Counted from the first letter of the stretch, positions 10,011-20,855 are shown. The stretch is 64,000 bases of DNA from Gammaproteobacteria bacterium (GCA_049591615.1 JBAWFD010000135.1:29858-93857); one strand, 5' to 3'. Made by a program: numbers and translations. The notes: generated by a model from the letters alone, not told the origin.

Positions 10011-11804
10011 CTATTTCTTACCAACATGCAGAACAGCTAGAAACGCTTCCTGGGGAATCTCCACTGAACCTACTTGCTTCATGCGTTTCTTGCCTTCTTT
10101 TTGTTTTTCCAGCAACTTACGTTTGCGAGTAATATCGCCACCGTAGCATTTCGCAGTCACGTTTTTGCGAAAAGCTTTAACCGTTGTACGTGCGATGATG
10201 TGTGAACCAATCGCGGCTTGTATCGCAACCTCGAACATCTGACGTGGAATCAGTTCCTGCATTTTTTCACATAGTTCCCGGCCACGTGAGTAAGCATGAT
10301 CTTTATGGATGATGCAGGACAGTGCATCCACACGGTCACCGTTTATAAGCAGATCAAGCTTAACTAATGGCGCCACCTGGAAGCGTGCAAAACTATAATC
10401 GAATGATGCATAACCACGGCTCACAGATTTCAGACGGTCGAAGAAATCCATGACTACTTCACTCATAGGCAGTTCATAGGTCAATATGACTTGGGAACCG
10501 TGGTAAACCATTTTCTTTTGTGTACCACGTTTTTCTACGCATAAGGTGATGACTGAGCCCAAATATTGCTGAGGCACAAGAATATTGGCTGTTATTATAG
10601 GTTCGCGTATCTCATCTATCCGGTCTACTGCTGGTAGTTTAGCCGGATTATCGACATGCAGTATTTCTCCAGCTGTGGTCAGTACTTGGTATATGACCGT
10701 AGGTGCCGTGGAGATAAGCTCAAGGTTATATTCTCTCTCCAGACGCTCTTGGACGATATCCATATGCAGAAGCCCCAGGAAACCGCATCGAAATCCAAAT
10801 CCTAAAGCTGTAGATGTTTCCGGTTCAAAATGCAGAGCAGAATCGTTAAGACGCAGTTTTTTAAGCGCTTCGCGGAAATTCTCATAATCATCTGATCTAA
10901 TTGGGAACAACCCAGCAAATACCCGTGGCTGTACCTGCTTGAATCCTGGTAGTGGGGTGCTGCAGGGCTTGTGGGCATTGGTCAGGGTATCGCCCACGGG
11001 TGCGCCATCGATTTCCTTGATGCCGGCGATTACATAACCTACTTCGCCTGTGCCAAGTTGTTCCTTATCACGCATCTTGGGCGTGAATATCCCTAGACGA
11101 TCTATCTCGTATGTTCGTCCAGTAGACATAACCACAATCTTTTGGCGCCGTTTGAGCGAACCTTGCATCACCCGCACCAGCGAAACCACACCCACGAAGT
11201 TATCAAACCAGGAATCAATGATGAGTGCCTGCAATGGCTCTAAGGGATTACCTTTGGGTGGCGGTATGCGGCGTACGAGCTCTTCCAGAAGTTCGTCCAC
11301 ACCTGCACCTGTTTTGGCACTAACGCGCAAGGCGTTCTGCGCTTCAATGCCTATGATCTCCTCGATCTCGCGACTGACTTTGTCAGGCTCTGCGTTGGGC
11401 AGGTCTATTTTATTGATGACTGGCATCACTTCGAGCCCCTGCTCTAGCGCTGTATAGCAGTTGGCTACGCTCTGAGCCTCCACTCCCTGGGTAGCATCCA
11501 CCACCAGGAGCGCGCCTTCACAAGCAGCCAAAGAACGAGACACTTCATAGGAAAAGTCCACATGCCCAGGCGTATCGATGAAATTCAACTGATAGGTCTG
11601 CCCGTTCTGAGCCAAGTATTGGAGTGATACGCTCTGGGCTTTGATGGTGATACCGCGCTCACGTTCAATAGGGTTAGAGTCCAGTACTTGCTCTTCCATC
11701 TCACGTTCCGTCAAACCTCCACAGATCTGGATAAAGCGGTCCGCCAGGGTGGATTTGCCGTGATCGATGTGCGCGATAATGGAGAAATTCCGGAGGTTCT
11801 GCAT
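10011..11804 (-). CDS. lepA: translation elongation factor 4 (LepA)
   Basis: Motifs [26 protein letters not shown] and the LepA C-terminal domain. I chose ATG at 11804 ([10 protein letters not shown]) to match the E. coli start. The track start at 11825 is a TTG. Confidence 0.95.
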   Translation of the reverse strand: MQNLRNFSIIAHIDHGKSTLADRFIQICGGLTEREMEEQVLDSNPIERERGITIKAQSVSLQYLAQNGQTYQLNFIDTPGHVDFSYEVSRSLAACEGALLVVDATQGVEAQSVANCYTALEQGLEVMPVINKIDLPNAEPDKVSREIEEIIGIEAQNALRVSAKTGAGVDELLEELVRRIPPPKGNPLEPLQALIIDSWFDNFVGVVSLVRVMQGSLKRRQKIVVMSTGRTYEIDRLGIFTPKMRDKEQLGTGEVGYVIAGIKEIDGAPVGDTLTNAHKPCSTPLPGFKQVQPRVFAGLFPIRSDDYENFREALKKLRLNDSALHFEPETSTALGFGFRCGFLGLLHMDIVQERLEREYNLELISTAPTVIYQVLTTAGEILHVDNPAKLPAVDRIDEIREPIITANILVPQQYLGSVITLCVEKRGTQKKMVYHGSQVILTYELPMSEVVMDFFDRLKSVSRGYASFDYSFARFQVAPLVKLDLLINGDRVDALSCIIHKDHAYSRGRELCEKMQELIPRQMFEVAIQAAIGSHIIARTTVKAFRKNVTAKCYGGDITRKRKLLEKQKEGKKRMKQVGSVEIPQEAFLAVLHVGKK

Positions 11805-11959
11805 GTCCACTTTGTTTCTGGGCAAGTCTGTGTCAGTAATGAGATAATTTTATATTATTTATCAGTATATTACTGACTATTTTTATTGGATATTATCAGG
11901 ATTAAACGCGTAAATTAACGCTTGATGTGGACTCGTACAATGTGCGCAACCAAGACGTA

Positions 11960-12223
11960 TTATACCGGTTTAATACCTGAGTTCGTGTGACTGTTTAGAT
12001 AATCCTCTAAGCTCGAGCGGTCAAGCTTTCCCAAGCTCAGGATTTTTATGCCATCTGTAAGCACTGGCACATGCAATCCATATTGCGCCCGCAGCGCAGC
12101 ATCCATATCCACATCCACCAAACTCACCTGCAATCGATCGCCATAAAGAATCTGGAGTTCCGCTAACATCTGATCGCAAAGATGGCAATCATTTCGATAA
12201 TAGAGCGTCAGCGGGAGCGGCAT
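11960..12223 (-). CDS. glutaredoxin-like small thioredoxin-fold protein (DUF836-like)
   Basis: 87 aa with the CxxC motif in LTLYYRNDCHLCDQM and a downstream VPVL motif. Confidence 0.6.
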   Translation of the reverse strand: MPLPLTLYYRNDCHLCDQMLAELQILYGDRLQVSLVDVDMDAALRAQYGLHVPVLTDGIKILSLGKLDRSSLEDYLNSHTNSGIKPV

Positions 12224-12545
12224 AGTCTACTAGCCTCAAAACATGGAAAAAGATCATCATCCCTTGAGTCGCTTAAACAGATTTTATATAGCATAGCAAC
12301 TGTGATTATCGCTTTCGCCACCACGCGAGTCTGCAAATCAATGCGTTGAGAATAACCGCTAAACGTAAGCGATCGACTCGGCAAATCCATTATGACTGAA
12401 CCAATCCCATTTACACCGTTTCATGGTGATGCCACTCCTGTACATACCCGATATGGGTACCTAAGAGTATATATCTCAATAAATATATAAGCTTTTTAAG
12501 CTTTATTGTTCAAGTCTAATTATATTGTGACGACTATAGTTATTG

Positions 12546-13526
12546 CTAGTTACGGATATTTCGTGCGATAAGTTCCACAGTTTCAGGCGGTACTTCACCC
12601 ACAACCGTAATATTGTAATTACCAACCTGGCGACCAAAGGCACTGACTGCGCCCATGCTCGAGGGCCCGATGAGTTCTTTACGGCCTGGCATGGCAGCTT
12701 CAACAAATACGGATACTGAGGCCAATCCATCGCTGAACATTAAGTGCCGTACCGGGTTCATAGCACCAACTAATCGCTGTGCATCATTCATGGAGAGTAT
12801 AAATCCAGGAGGCAGATGCGTGGCTTTCCAGTCAAGCTTGGTATCGGCCTTGTTCAGAAGCTCTCTGCCCCCTTGGATGTTCCATATATAACCAGGTTTT
12901 ATCTCGGTTGCCTTTAATGCTTCATCCGGGATTTGTCGTGGATAATTTATTGACGTGAACATCACTCGTTCAACCGTTTTACCATCATTTGTTATCAGAT
13001 CTGAACGTAATAGCATGGCATTGCTTGTATCAAGCCATAGTCTATAGCCGTAGCGGTAGTCGTCGCGTGGTTCGATGTCGATAACCTTACAAACGTGCCC
13101 CGCAATACGGTCTGCGCCTGAAGACTTAAATATATAATGAGCAAGGAGTTTATCCTCGTGTACTGCTTGCGGTATTGACCCGGGAAAATGAGTTGCTGCA
13201 TAGCGGCGCTCTATGAGTACTGAATGACTTTCAGGGAATATAGATTTAACTTCATTGTGGTTGCGAATTACTTCACGTTGTGGCCCAGTAAGCGATATCA
13301 GTCGTTCTATACCACCTTCGGAATCAGCCCGATGTGTGACCCGCATTGTTTCAATATTATTGTCATGGATATAAACGATGTCGCCTGCGTAATTAAGGGT
13401 ACGCAATGCGGTGTTCATCCTGTCTAACCAGGTGCTGGTGTTATTGTCCGTAGAAGAAGCAAAGGCCGCTGATGATAACAATGCCGCCAATAATAACGGC
13501 AATACCCAACGGGATAACGGATTCAT
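12546..13526 (-). CDS. rseB: sigma-E factor regulatory protein RseB/MucB
   Basis: 326 aa with a signal peptide. WLDRMNTALRTLNYAGDIVYI...LTGPQREVIRN parallels RseB. Four-nt overlap with rseA. Confidence 0.85.
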   Translation of the reverse strand: MNPLSRWVLPLLLAALLSSAAFASSTDNNTSTWLDRMNTALRTLNYAGDIVYIHDNNIETMRVTHRADSEGGIERLISLTGPQREVIRNHNEVKSIFPESHSVLIERRYAATHFPGSIPQAVHEDKLLAHYIFKSSGADRIAGHVCKVIDIEPRDDYRYGYRLWLDTSNAMLLRSDLITNDGKTVERVMFTSINYPRQIPDEALKATEIKPGYIWNIQGGRELLNKADTKLDWKATHLPPGFILSMNDAQRLVGAMNPVRHLMFSDGLASVSVFVEAAMPGRKELIGPSSMGAVSAFGRQVGNYNITVVGEVPPETVELIARNIRN

Positions 13527-14149
13527 CGTTTGTCTTGCGGTGGCGGCTTTTGTGAAGCTAGTGATGGTTGAGATGATTTACCGTATTGAACAGAAGACAG
13601 ATAAAAATATGGCAGCATACCTTGCTGTTCTATCGAGGTGGCAACTTCATTGTGATTGATGACATAGTCAGCTAGCTGAGCCCGTACGTCAGGTACGTTG
13701 CCATTCCAGGCAGCGGTGTTTGGATTACCATAGCTGACCATATTTGTCTGTATCGCTGCCGTGGTTGGTACAATTTCAGAAGGTGCTGACAGCGATCTCA
13801 TACCAATTCCGCTGCCATGACGTAAACCATACACCGCAACAATAGCTACACATGCAGCCAGTCCGACGCCAGCGGCAGATTTCTTGAAATAGCCAATCAT
13901 CCTGGCGTCGTACTGCTTGACGAGCGGTGCATCATCATCAAGTGCCTTTATGATTCGATCAGCGAAGCCATGAGTATCTATCTGCGGTAATGCCCTGCGC
14001 ATGGCCTCGCCAATGAGGTGATAACGTTCCCAGCAGATACGCTGGTATTTGTCCAATGAAAAGCGGCGAATCAGCAGCTCATGTTCATCTACTGGTAGCT
14101 CATCATCTGCTAATGCTGAAATTTGTTCCCGTAGTTTTTCACTCATCAT
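13523..14149 (-). CDS. rseA: anti-sigma-E factor RseA/MucA
   Basis: 208 aa. N-terminal EQISALADDELPVDE...WERYHLIGEAMR, a central TM, and position after rpoE. Confidence 0.8.
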   Translation of the reverse strand: MMSEKLREQISALADDELPVDEHELLIRRFSLDKYQRICWERYHLIGEAMRRALPQIDTHGFADRIIKALDDDAPLVKQYDARMIGYFKKSAAGVGLAACVAIVAVYGLRHGSGIGMRSLSAPSEIVPTTAAIQTNMVSYGNPNTAAWNGNVPDVRAQLADYVINHNEVATSIEQQGMLPYFYLSSVQYGKSSQPSLASQKPPPQDKR

Positions 14150-14165
14150 TTATGCAACACTCTGT

Positions 14166-14777
14166 CTAATAGTCTAAAAGTGGACGCAATTTGCCATCGA
14201 TTGCTTCACGTGCCCTAAAAATCCGTGAACGTACTGTACCCACCGGACATGACATCGCTTGTGCAATCTCTTCATAACTCATGCCTTCGATCTCACGCAG
14301 AACGATGGCGGTCCGCAGGTCTTCGGGTAACTCCTGAATAGCATTTTCTACCGTGTTTTGTATTTCCTGGGTAAGCAACAAACGCTCAGGAGTATCCATA
14401 TCCTTAAGGTGTGCCTGCAGCTCGTACTGGTCTGGATCCTGCAGGTTTACCCCATGATCCATGGGTCGACGGCCCTCGGCCACCAGAAAGTTTTTGGCTG
14501 TATTGATAGCTATCCGGTACAGCCATGTATAAAACGCACTCTCACCGCGAAACCCTGGGATCGCCCGATAAGCTTTGATAAAAGCCTCCTGCGCCACGTC
14601 CAAGGCTTCGCTGCTGTCATGCACGTAGCGGGAAACCAGCTTGATGATTTTATGCTGGTACTTGCGCACCAGCGCATCAAAAGCTGCCTTATCGCCCCGC
14701 TGCACACGTTCCACCAGCATCTGGTCGGAATCGGTCTTGGCCGGCCGGATTTCAAAGACCGGCTTTGGGCTATGCAT
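14166..14777 (-). CDS. rpoE: RNA polymerase sigma-E (RpoE/AlgU)
   Basis: Motifs [45 protein letters not shown] and [17 protein letters not shown]. The start is uncertain: ATG 14777 or internal ATG 14720. Confidence 0.93.
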   Translation of the reverse strand: MHSPKPVFEIRPAKTDSDQMLVERVQRGDKAAFDALVRKYQHKIIKLVSRYVHDSSEALDVAQEAFIKAYRAIPGFRGESAFYTWLYRIAINTAKNFLVAEGRRPMDHGVNLQDPDQYELQAHLKDMDTPERLLLTQEIQNTVENAIQELPEDLRTAIVLREIEGMSYEEIAQAMSCPVGTVRSRIFRAREAIDGKLRPLLDY

Positions 14778-14788
14778 ACGCTTGGCTC

Positions 14789-14815
14789 ATAGACAATTGA
14801 GTGGGCAGATAGTTC
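14789..14815 (-). promoter_or_regulatory. candidate sigma-E-type promoter GAACTA-N16-TCTAT upstream of rpoE
   Basis: The minus strand reads gcGAACTAtctgcccactcaattgTCTATgagccaagcgtATG. This resembles the AlgU/RpoE consensus GAACTT-N16/17-TCtgA. It lies only 11 nt from ATG 14777. Confidence 0.25.
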
Positions 14816-14901
14816 GCAAAAGAGGCCGGGATACGAGTATATTTTGCATTCCACTGAGCCTGGTGCATATATTCTATCAGCCTCGAACTGATTGGCGAAG
14901 C

Positions 14902-16536
14902 ATGCAGCAGACCCTTCACTACGACGTGCTCATTATCGGCAGTGGTGCCGCCGGCCTGACCTTGGCCTTATGTCTGCCTGAGGATTTTCGCATCGCCCTA
15001 GTCTCCAAGGGCGCCTTGTCAGAAGGCAGTACTCTCTACGCCCAGGGTGGTGTCTCAGCTGCCCTCGACAAGACAGATTCCATCGAATCACATATTGAAG
15101 ACACGCTTAATGCTGGCGCCGGCCTTTGTGATCCAGATGCTGTCCGTTATGTAGTTGAACAGGGCCCGGAATGTATCCGTTGGCTCATCGCGCAGGGTGT
15201 ACATTTCACACGCGAAAATGCATCGAACACCTCCGGTGTCTATCACTTGACCCGCGAGGGCGGTCATAGTCACCGACGCGTCGTACATGCCGATGATGTC
15301 ACTGGTCGAGAAATTGAAACCACACTGGAAACTCTGGTGCGCAGTCGCGCCAATATCACAGTGCTGGAACAGCACATCGCGGTAGACATAGTCAGCGCAG
15401 CCAAGCTGGGATTGTCGGAACCGGGTTGCCATGGTGCTTACCTGCTTAATCGTCATACGCAGCATGTACAGACCGTTGGTGCCCAATGCGTAGTTCTGGC
15501 AACCGGAGGCGCCAATAAGGTTTATCTCTATACCACCAATCCAGATAGTTCTAGCGGTGACGGTATCGCCATGGCCTGGCGCTCTGGATGCCGTGTCGCT
15601 AACATGGAATTCATGCAGTTCCATCCCACTTGTCTGTTTCATCCCGCTGCCAAATCATTCCTGATAAGTGAGGCAGTACGTGGCGAAGGCGGAAAACTAC
15701 TGCTACCAGATAGCGCATCCTTCATGGATAAATTTGACACACGCGCAGAAATGGCACCGCGTGATATCGTGGCACGCGCTATCGACCATGAAATGAAACG
15801 CCTTGGCTCCGATCATGTGTTACTGGATATCAGCCATAAACCCAAAGCGTTTATCCAGGAACATTTCCCGACTATCTATGCACGTTGTCTGAGTTACGGT
15901 TTCGACATGGCAAAAGGGCCAATACCCGTGGTACCGGCGGCGCATTACACCTGCGGTGGCGTGATGACCGACTTGCGTGGTCGTACAGATATGCCGGGTT
16001 TATATGCTATCGGTGAAACCGCCTATACGGGCTTGCACGGCGCCAACCGCATGGCCAGCAACTCACTGCTGGAGTGCATTGTCATGGGCAAGGCTGCGGC
16101 AATGGATATCGCTGATGTGCACAGCAAATCGAAACATCTTCAATTTAAACTGCCAAAATGGGACGAGAGTCGTGTCACGGATTCAGATGAAGAGGTGGTG
16201 GTTTCGCATAACTGGAGCGAATTACGCCACTTCATGTGGGATTACGTCGGCATCGTGCGCACGGACAAGCGTCTGAAGCGTGCTCTTAGTCGTACTGAAC
16301 TTCTGCTGCACGAGATCGAGGAGTATTACGGCAATTTCCGCATCACCGGCGATTTGATCGAATTGCGGAATCTGGCACAGATAGCCCGACTCATCATCCA
16401 CTCGGCCATGCAGCGTAAGGAAAGCCGTGGCCTGCATTACACACTGGACTACCCCGAAATCGATAATCAGAACCCGCCACAAAGCACCGTGCTGGTGCCG
16501 CCCAATTTTGCGGCCAACCATCAGCCAGTGGATTAG
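14902..16536 (+). CDS. nadB: L-aspartate oxidase
   Basis: [23 protein letters not shown] fold plus HPTCL and RGEGG motifs. Divergent from rpoE as in E. coli. The track ORF start (14641) overlaps rpoE, so I trimmed to ATG 14902. Confidence 0.95.
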   Translation: MQQTLHYDVLIIGSGAAGLTLALCLPEDFRIALVSKGALSEGSTLYAQGGVSAALDKTDSIESHIEDTLNAGAGLCDPDAVRYVVEQGPECIRWLIAQGVHFTRENASNTSGVYHLTREGGHSHRRVVHADDVTGREIETTLETLVRSRANITVLEQHIAVDIVSAAKLGLSEPGCHGAYLLNRHTQHVQTVGAQCVVLATGGANKVYLYTTNPDSSSGDGIAMAWRSGCRVANMEFMQFHPTCLFHPAAKSFLISEAVRGEGGKLLLPDSASFMDKFDTRAEMAPRDIVARAIDHEMKRLGSDHVLLDISHKPKAFIQEHFPTIYARCLSYGFDMAKGPIPVVPAAHYTCGGVMTDLRGRTDMPGLYAIGETAYTGLHGANRMASNSLLECIVMGKAAAMDIADVHSKSKHLQFKLPKWDESRVTDSDEEVVVSHNWSELRHFMWDYVGIVRTDKRLKRALSRTELLLHEIEEYYGNFRITGDLIELRNLAQIARLIIHSAMQRKESRGLHYTLDYPEIDNQNPPQSTVLVPPNFAANHQPVD

Positions 16537-16574
16537 AAGAAACCGTAATTGACTTGGCTACGATTGAAAGTTGC

Positions 16575-16598
16575 AAGCTGATAATTATCAGCTTTTCG
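16575..16598 (+). terminator. candidate intrinsic terminator between convergent nadB and ygfX
   Basis: Perfect palindrome AAGCTGATAATTATCAGCTT (16575-16594) followed by TTCG, 39 nt after the nadB stop. It overlaps the ygfX stop codon. Confidence 0.45.
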
Positions 16599-17022
16599 GA
16601 ACGCCGTATTTCAGCATCATTCGTAGACCTCGCAGACCTTCCGCGCTGCAACTGTCTCGAGCCAGCATTACGGTACGCTGTTTGCCGCTGAGTGTTTTGA
16701 AATGTGCAATCACAAACCAGCTTCCCAGATGGGCTGCTGGCACGAGTTCCATCGCCTGACTGATGCCGTGGTAATCGGTAATGCACCACCCGTCTTCCAA
16801 ACACCAGCGCAGACGCCTGGGCGTACGGCGCCAGAATATAACCACGTTCCACATAAGGCTGCCAAGAATGGCGAGGAATATTACCAGGCGGCTCAGCGGC
16901 GCCAATGGCAATTGCAAGCAAATGACAGCTGCTGTCACATGGATTACAAATAATAAAGCCGCTATGAGCCGCGACGGCCGGATTTCAAACTCCAGGGGTT
17001 CTCTGTAAGCTGTCGATGACAT
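16588..17022 (-). CDS. ygfX: YgfX/CptA-like inner-membrane protein (partner of SdhE)
   Basis: Two TM helices (LIAALLFVIHVTAAVICLQL, LVIFLAILGSLMWNVVIFW). It lies immediately downstream of and overlapping sdhE, as ygfY-ygfX do in E. coli. The start could be ATG 17022 or 17052. Confidence 0.6.
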   Translation of the reverse strand: MSSTAYREPLEFEIRPSRLIAALLFVIHVTAAVICLQLPLAPLSRLVIFLAILGSLMWNVVIFWRRTPRRLRWCLEDGWCITDYHGISQAMELVPAAHLGSWFVIAHFKTLSGKQRTVMLARDSCSAEGLRGLRMMLKYGVPKS

Positions 17023-17227
17023 GGCGCTGTTCCTCAGTTGCAGGTGATGCACGGCCCAGGATGTAGGCCATCAAGATGGGGTCTGGCAACTCCAGCAATG
17101 CAGCAAATGCCTGCCGTTCAGCGGGCATTGCCTGACTTAAATTATTATTCAGATACGCCTCCAGCAGCACATCCAGTTCTTTCATGCCACGGCGGCACTG
17201 CCAGCGAAGACGCGATAATTCAGACAT
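16985..17227 (-). CDS. sdhE: FAD assembly factor SdhE (SDHAF2 homolog)
   Basis: 80 aa with RLRWQCRRGMKELDVLLEAYL, containing the RGxxE motif. Confidence 0.9.
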   Translation of the reverse strand: MSELSRLRWQCRRGMKELDVLLEAYLNNNLSQAMPAERQAFAALLELPDPILMAYILGRASPATEEQRHVIDSLQRTPGV

Positions 17228-17295
17228 GGCGATTCAACCGATCCTGGAACGTCTGTAGATATTGCACACGCAGCACCCGTGCCCGGCGCAGGAGA

Positions 17296-18075
17296 CTAGT
17301 GTTCTCTCTCGACCAGAAGCTGCTTGATTTCGGCGATGGATTTGGCGGGATTCAGTCCCTTGGGGCAGGTACGGGTGCAGTTCATGATGGTGTGGCAGCG
17401 ATACAGCTTGAAGGGGTCCTGCAAATCATCCAACCGATCTCCGGTGGCCTCGTCACGGCTGTCGGCAATCCAACGATAAGCCTGCAGTAGCAGTGCCGGA
17501 CCCAGGTAGCGGTCGGGATTCCACCAATAACTGGGACAGGCTGTCGAACAGCAGGCGCACAAAATGCACTCGTATAAGCCGTCGAGTTTTGCGCGTTCAT
17601 CCTTCGATTGCAGGCGTTCGCGGTCCGGTGGAGGCGACTGCGTGCGTATCCAGGGTTTGATGGACGCATACTGGGCAAAAAAATGCGTGAGATCCGGCAC
17701 CAGATCTTTGATCACCGGCAGATGCGGCAACGGATAAATCTTTACATCACCTTTTATATCCTTGATATCATGGGTGCAGGCCAGCGTGTTGGTGCCGTCG
17801 ATATTCATGGCACATGAACCACATACGCCTTCGCGACAGGAACGCCGCAAGGTCAGTGTGGCATCGATCTCGTTCTTGATCTTAAGCAGCGCGTCCAACA
17901 CCATGGGTCCGCATTTGCCCATATCAACTTCATAGGTGTCCATGCGCGGGTTCTGGCCGCTATCGGGATCGTAGCGGTAGATTTGGAAGCGCCGGATATT
18001 CTTTGCGCCGGCTGCCGCCTTCCAGGTCTTGCCCTGCTGGATACGGGAATTCTTGGGTAATGTGAATTCGGCCAT
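17296..18075 (-). CDS. sdhB: succinate dehydrogenase iron-sulfur subunit
   Basis: 259 aa with the Cys clusters [27 protein letters not shown] and [12 protein letters not shown]. Confidence 0.96.
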   Translation of the reverse strand: MAEFTLPKNSRIQQGKTWKAAAGAKNIRRFQIYRYDPDSGQNPRMDTYEVDMGKCGPMVLDALLKIKNEIDATLTLRRSCREGVCGSCAMNIDGTNTLACTHDIKDIKGDVKIYPLPHLPVIKDLVPDLTHFFAQYASIKPWIRTQSPPPDRERLQSKDERAKLDGLYECILCACCSTACPSYWWNPDRYLGPALLLQAYRWIADSRDEATGDRLDDLQDPFKLYRCHTIMNCTRTCPKGLNPAKSIAEIKQLLVEREH

Positions 18076-18090
18076 GTGTCCAACCTCTCA

Positions 18091-19878
18091 TCAGTAAACA
18101 CGTTTTTTCGGCGGGAAGGGTTTGATATCGTCCGACAGGGTATAACTGTGCACCGGCCGATAATCAATCCTGACCTTGGCATGCTCATCCAGCCACGCGA
18201 GGGTGTGCTTCATCCAGTTCTTGTCGTCGCGCTCGGAATAATCCTCGCGTGCGTGGGCGCCGCGGCTCTCGGTGCGGTTAATGGCACCGGCCATCGTCAC
18301 GGTGGCACACGCCAGTAAATTCGCCAGCTCCAAGGTTTCGGCCAGGTCGCTGTTCCAGATGAGCGAACGGTCAGATACCCGCACATGCTCGAATGAATCA
18401 AATACCTCTTTGAGTCTTTTACTGCCATCCTGCAATGTATTGCCGGTGCGAAAGACCGCGGCATCGGACTGCATGACTTTCTGCATGCGCAACCGGATCG
18501 CGGCGGTGGATTCGGAACCATCGGCATGACGGAGCTTGTCGAAGCGCGCGATAACCTGGTCGCTGGCTTCCTGTGGAAAGCCGCGCGCCGTCTTGCCGGC
18601 CTTCACAGTCTCGGCACAATGATGCGCAGCGGCACGACCGAATACCACCAGATCCAATAGCGAGTTGGAGCCGAGACGGTTGGCGCCGTGTACCGATACG
18701 CAAGCGGCTTCACCGATCGCCATCAGGCCGGGCACAACGCTATCCGGGTTGCCATCCTTGAGGGTCATGGCTTCGCCGTGATGGTTGGTGGGGATGCCAC
18801 CCATGTTGTAATGCACCGTGGGCAATACCGGGATTGGTTCCTTGAGCACGTCCGCGCCGGCGAAGATGCGCGCGGTCTCGGCAATCCCGGGCAGGCGCTC
18901 ATGGATCACATCCGGTCCGAGATGCTGCAAATTCAGAAGAAGATGGTCCTTCTCGGGACCCACGCCACGGCCTTCACGGATCTCGATGGTCATGGCGCGC
19001 GAGACCACGTCGCGGGAAGCCAGGTCCTTGGCATGTGGCGCGTAGCGTTCCATAAAGCGCTCGCCTTGCGAGTTGCTGAGATAACCGCCCTCACCGCGCA
19101 CCCCCTCGGTAATCAGGCAACCGGCACCGTAGATACCGGTAGGGTGGAATTGCACGAACTCCATATCCTGCAACGGCAAGCCGGCACGCAATACCATGCC
19201 GTTTCCGTCGCCGGTACAGGTATGCGCCGAGGTGCAGGAAAAATACGCACGTCCATAGCCGCCGGTAGCCAGTATGGTCTGCTGTGCCACAAAACGGTGC
19301 AGGATACCGGTCGCCAGATCCCAGGCGATCACACCGCGGCAGACCCCGCCTTCCATCAGCAGATCGAGTGCGAAGCATTCATAATAAAACTCGGCGTTAT
19401 GCTTGAGGCTCTGCTGATAAAGGGTGTGCAGCATGGCGTGGCCGGTGCGGTCCGCGGCCGCGCAAGTACGATGCGCAGTACCCTCGCCAAAATGCGTGGT
19501 CATACCGCCAAACGGCCGTTGATAGATCTTGCCTTCCTCGGTGCGCGAGAACGGTACGCCGAAATGTTCCAGCTCGATGACCGCCGGTACCGCCTCACGA
19601 GTCATATACTCGACCGCATCCTGATCGCCCAGGTAATCGCCACCCTTGACAGTGTCGTACATATGCCAGCGCCAATCGTCTTCGCCCATGTTGCCTAGGG
19701 CAGCACTGATCCCGCCCTGGGCGGCGACCGTATGGCTGCGGGTGGGATACACCTTGGTGATATTGGCGGTCGAAAGCCCAGCCTCTGCAAGACCCAGGGT
19801 GGCGCGCAATCCGGCACCCCCCGCGCCCACCACGATTACGTCGTAGACGTGATCGACCAGCTTGTAGCTGTCCGCCAT
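18091..19878 (-). CDS. sdhA: succinate dehydrogenase flavoprotein subunit
   Basis: Motifs [24 protein letters not shown] (covalent FAD His) and [12 protein letters not shown] trimmed to ATG 19878 ([10 protein letters not shown]). Confidence 0.96.
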   Translation of the reverse strand: MADSYKLVDHVYDVIVVGAGGAGLRATLGLAEAGLSTANITKVYPTRSHTVAAQGGISAALGNMGEDDWRWHMYDTVKGGDYLGDQDAVEYMTREAVPAVIELEHFGVPFSRTEEGKIYQRPFGGMTTHFGEGTAHRTCAAADRTGHAMLHTLYQQSLKHNAEFYYECFALDLLMEGGVCRGVIAWDLATGILHRFVAQQTILATGGYGRAYFSCTSAHTCTGDGNGMVLRAGLPLQDMEFVQFHPTGIYGAGCLITEGVRGEGGYLSNSQGERFMERYAPHAKDLASRDVVSRAMTIEIREGRGVGPEKDHLLLNLQHLGPDVIHERLPGIAETARIFAGADVLKEPIPVLPTVHYNMGGIPTNHHGEAMTLKDGNPDSVVPGLMAIGEAACVSVHGANRLGSNSLLDLVVFGRAAAHHCAETVKAGKTARGFPQEASDQVIARFDKLRHADGSESTAAIRLRMQKVMQSDAAVFRTGNTLQDGSKRLKEVFDSFEHVRVSDRSLIWNSDLAETLELANLLACATVTMAGAINRTESRGAHAREDYSERDDKNWMKHTLAWLDEHAKVRIDYRPVHSYTLSDDIKPFPPKKRVY

Positions 19879-19882
19879 GTAT

Positions 19883-20263
19883 TCAGCCTCCGAAGGCGGC
19901 GCGCAAAATTGCAAAAATGCCGGCGGCTGCCAGCAAGACACAGGTGAATTTAATCAGCATCAGGGCGCTCACCTTGAGCCATTCATCATGCACATAATCT
20001 TCTATAACCATCTGCAGGCCTAGATAAGCATGGTAGAAGACTGTGGCCAACAGCAGCACTGACAGCACCGAAACTAACGGCGAATGCAACCAGATCAAGG
20101 CTGTGACGTAATCGGCGCGCAGGTAAATCATCACCGATATCACGAACCACAGGCTCAGCGGGATGAGTGCGATGGCTGTCACACGTTGCGCCAGCCAGTG
20201 GCCAGTACCCTGTCGTGCCGAACCCAGGCCGCGGGCACGACCCAGGGGGGTTCGGAAATTCAT
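19883..20263 (-). CDS. sdhD: succinate dehydrogenase membrane anchor subunit SdhD
   Basis: From ATG 20263: [36 protein letters not shown], with 3 TM helices. ATGA overlap with the sdhC stop. Confidence 0.85.
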   Translation of the reverse strand: MNFRTPLGRARGLGSARQGTGHWLAQRVTAIALIPLSLWFVISVMIYLRADYVTALIWLHSPLVSVLSVLLLATVFYHAYLGLQMVIEDYVHDEWLKVSALMLIKFTCVLLAAAGIFAILRAAFGG

Positions 20264-20655
20264 GGATGACCCCCGTGCATATACACACACAGTATGGCGA
20301 GCACAGTCAGCACACCGCTGATAATCCACACGCTGTAACCGGTGATATAGAAAGTCCGGATCTCAAAACCCTGACCTGCATCCCAGAACAGGTGTCGGAT
20401 ACCGTTACATAGGTGATAAAAAAAACTGAAAGTCCAGGTCCACATGAGGATCTGGCCAATCCAACTGCCGAATAGCGATTGTGCCGCCGCGAAGGTATCA
20501 GGTCCGGCGGCAACGGCGATCAGCCAATATATGAGCGCCAAGGTACCGATGCTGAGCCACACGCCTGTGAGGCGATGTAGGATCGACATAAGCATGGTAA
20601 TCTGCCAGCGGTAAATGCCGATATGCGGTGACAAGGGCCGGTTATCAGTCGACAT
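20260..20655 (-). CDS. sdhC: succinate dehydrogenase cytochrome b556 subunit SdhC
   Basis: 131 aa with RPLSPHIGIYRWQITMLMSILHRLTG and 3 TM helices. First structural gene of sdhCDAB. Confidence 0.88.
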   Translation of the reverse strand: MSTDNRPLSPHIGIYRWQITMLMSILHRLTGVWLSIGTLALIYWLIAVAAGPDTFAAAQSLFGSWIGQILMWTWTFSFFYHLCNGIRHLFWDAGQGFEIRTFYITGYSVWIISGVLTVLAILCVYMHGGHP

Positions 20656-20699
20656 ACGGGTGCCTTACTGAAGATTCATCGTCTGCCTGCACAAAAAAG

Positions 20700-20855
20700 C
20701 TAGAAATCAATGCAGCGCCCCCCTTTCTCCCAATCACCGTAACGGGTCGGTTCCGGGCCTTTGGGTCCGCCGATCTCGCGTGGCTTCTCGGGTGTCTGTG
20801 TACCAGCCGCGGGTGGAGACGGCGGCGTCGGTGTTGGGTCCTGGTGGTTAGACAT
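20700..20855 (-). CDS. DUF1674 / SDHAF4-like small protein (below the track's 60-aa cutoff)
   Basis: My translation gives MSNHQDPTPTPPSPPAAGTQTPEKPREIGGPKGPEPTRYGDWEKGGRCIDF*. The tail EIGGPKGPEPTRYGDWEKGGRCIDF is the hallmark C-terminus of the DUF1674 family. It lies 44 nt upstream of sdhC on the same strand. Confidence 0.75.
   Translation of the reverse strand: MSNHQDPTPTPPSPPAAGTQTPEKPREIGGPKGPEPTRYGDWEKGGRCIDF

Noticed and set aside
12208-12390. 60-aa minus-strand ORF in the rseB-lepA spacer.
   Set aside because: It has no Shine-Dalgarno sequence and no recognisable motif, and it overlaps the start of the glutaredoxin-like gene. I treat the region as non-coding.
14641-14901. N-terminal extensions of track ORFs. 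Affected genes: nadB from 14641, sdhA to 19941, sdhD to 20329, ispD to 40814, ftsB to 41349, accA to 47592, tilS to 46667, rseP to 59736, uppS to 62452 and lpxB to 53087.
   Set aside because: The extensions overlap upstream genes or lack similarity to ortholog N-termini. Internal ATG/GTG codons reproduce the conserved N-termini and give typical ATGA or short-gap junctions.
18688-19698. 336-aa plus-strand ORF antisense to sdhA. Similar long antisense ORFs lie at 43898-45001 (367 aa, opposite pyrG), 26552-27508 (318 aa, opposite the RsmB-like gene), 29579-30361 (260 aa, opposite prfB), 36177-36746 (opposite surE) and 51416-52036 (opposite rnhB/lpxB).
   Set aside because: All lie in the high-GC blocks, where stop codons are rare on the antisense strand. 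Their translations are Arg/Gly/His/Ala-rich with no recognisable motifs. The opposite strand encodes unambiguous, motif-rich housekeeping proteins.
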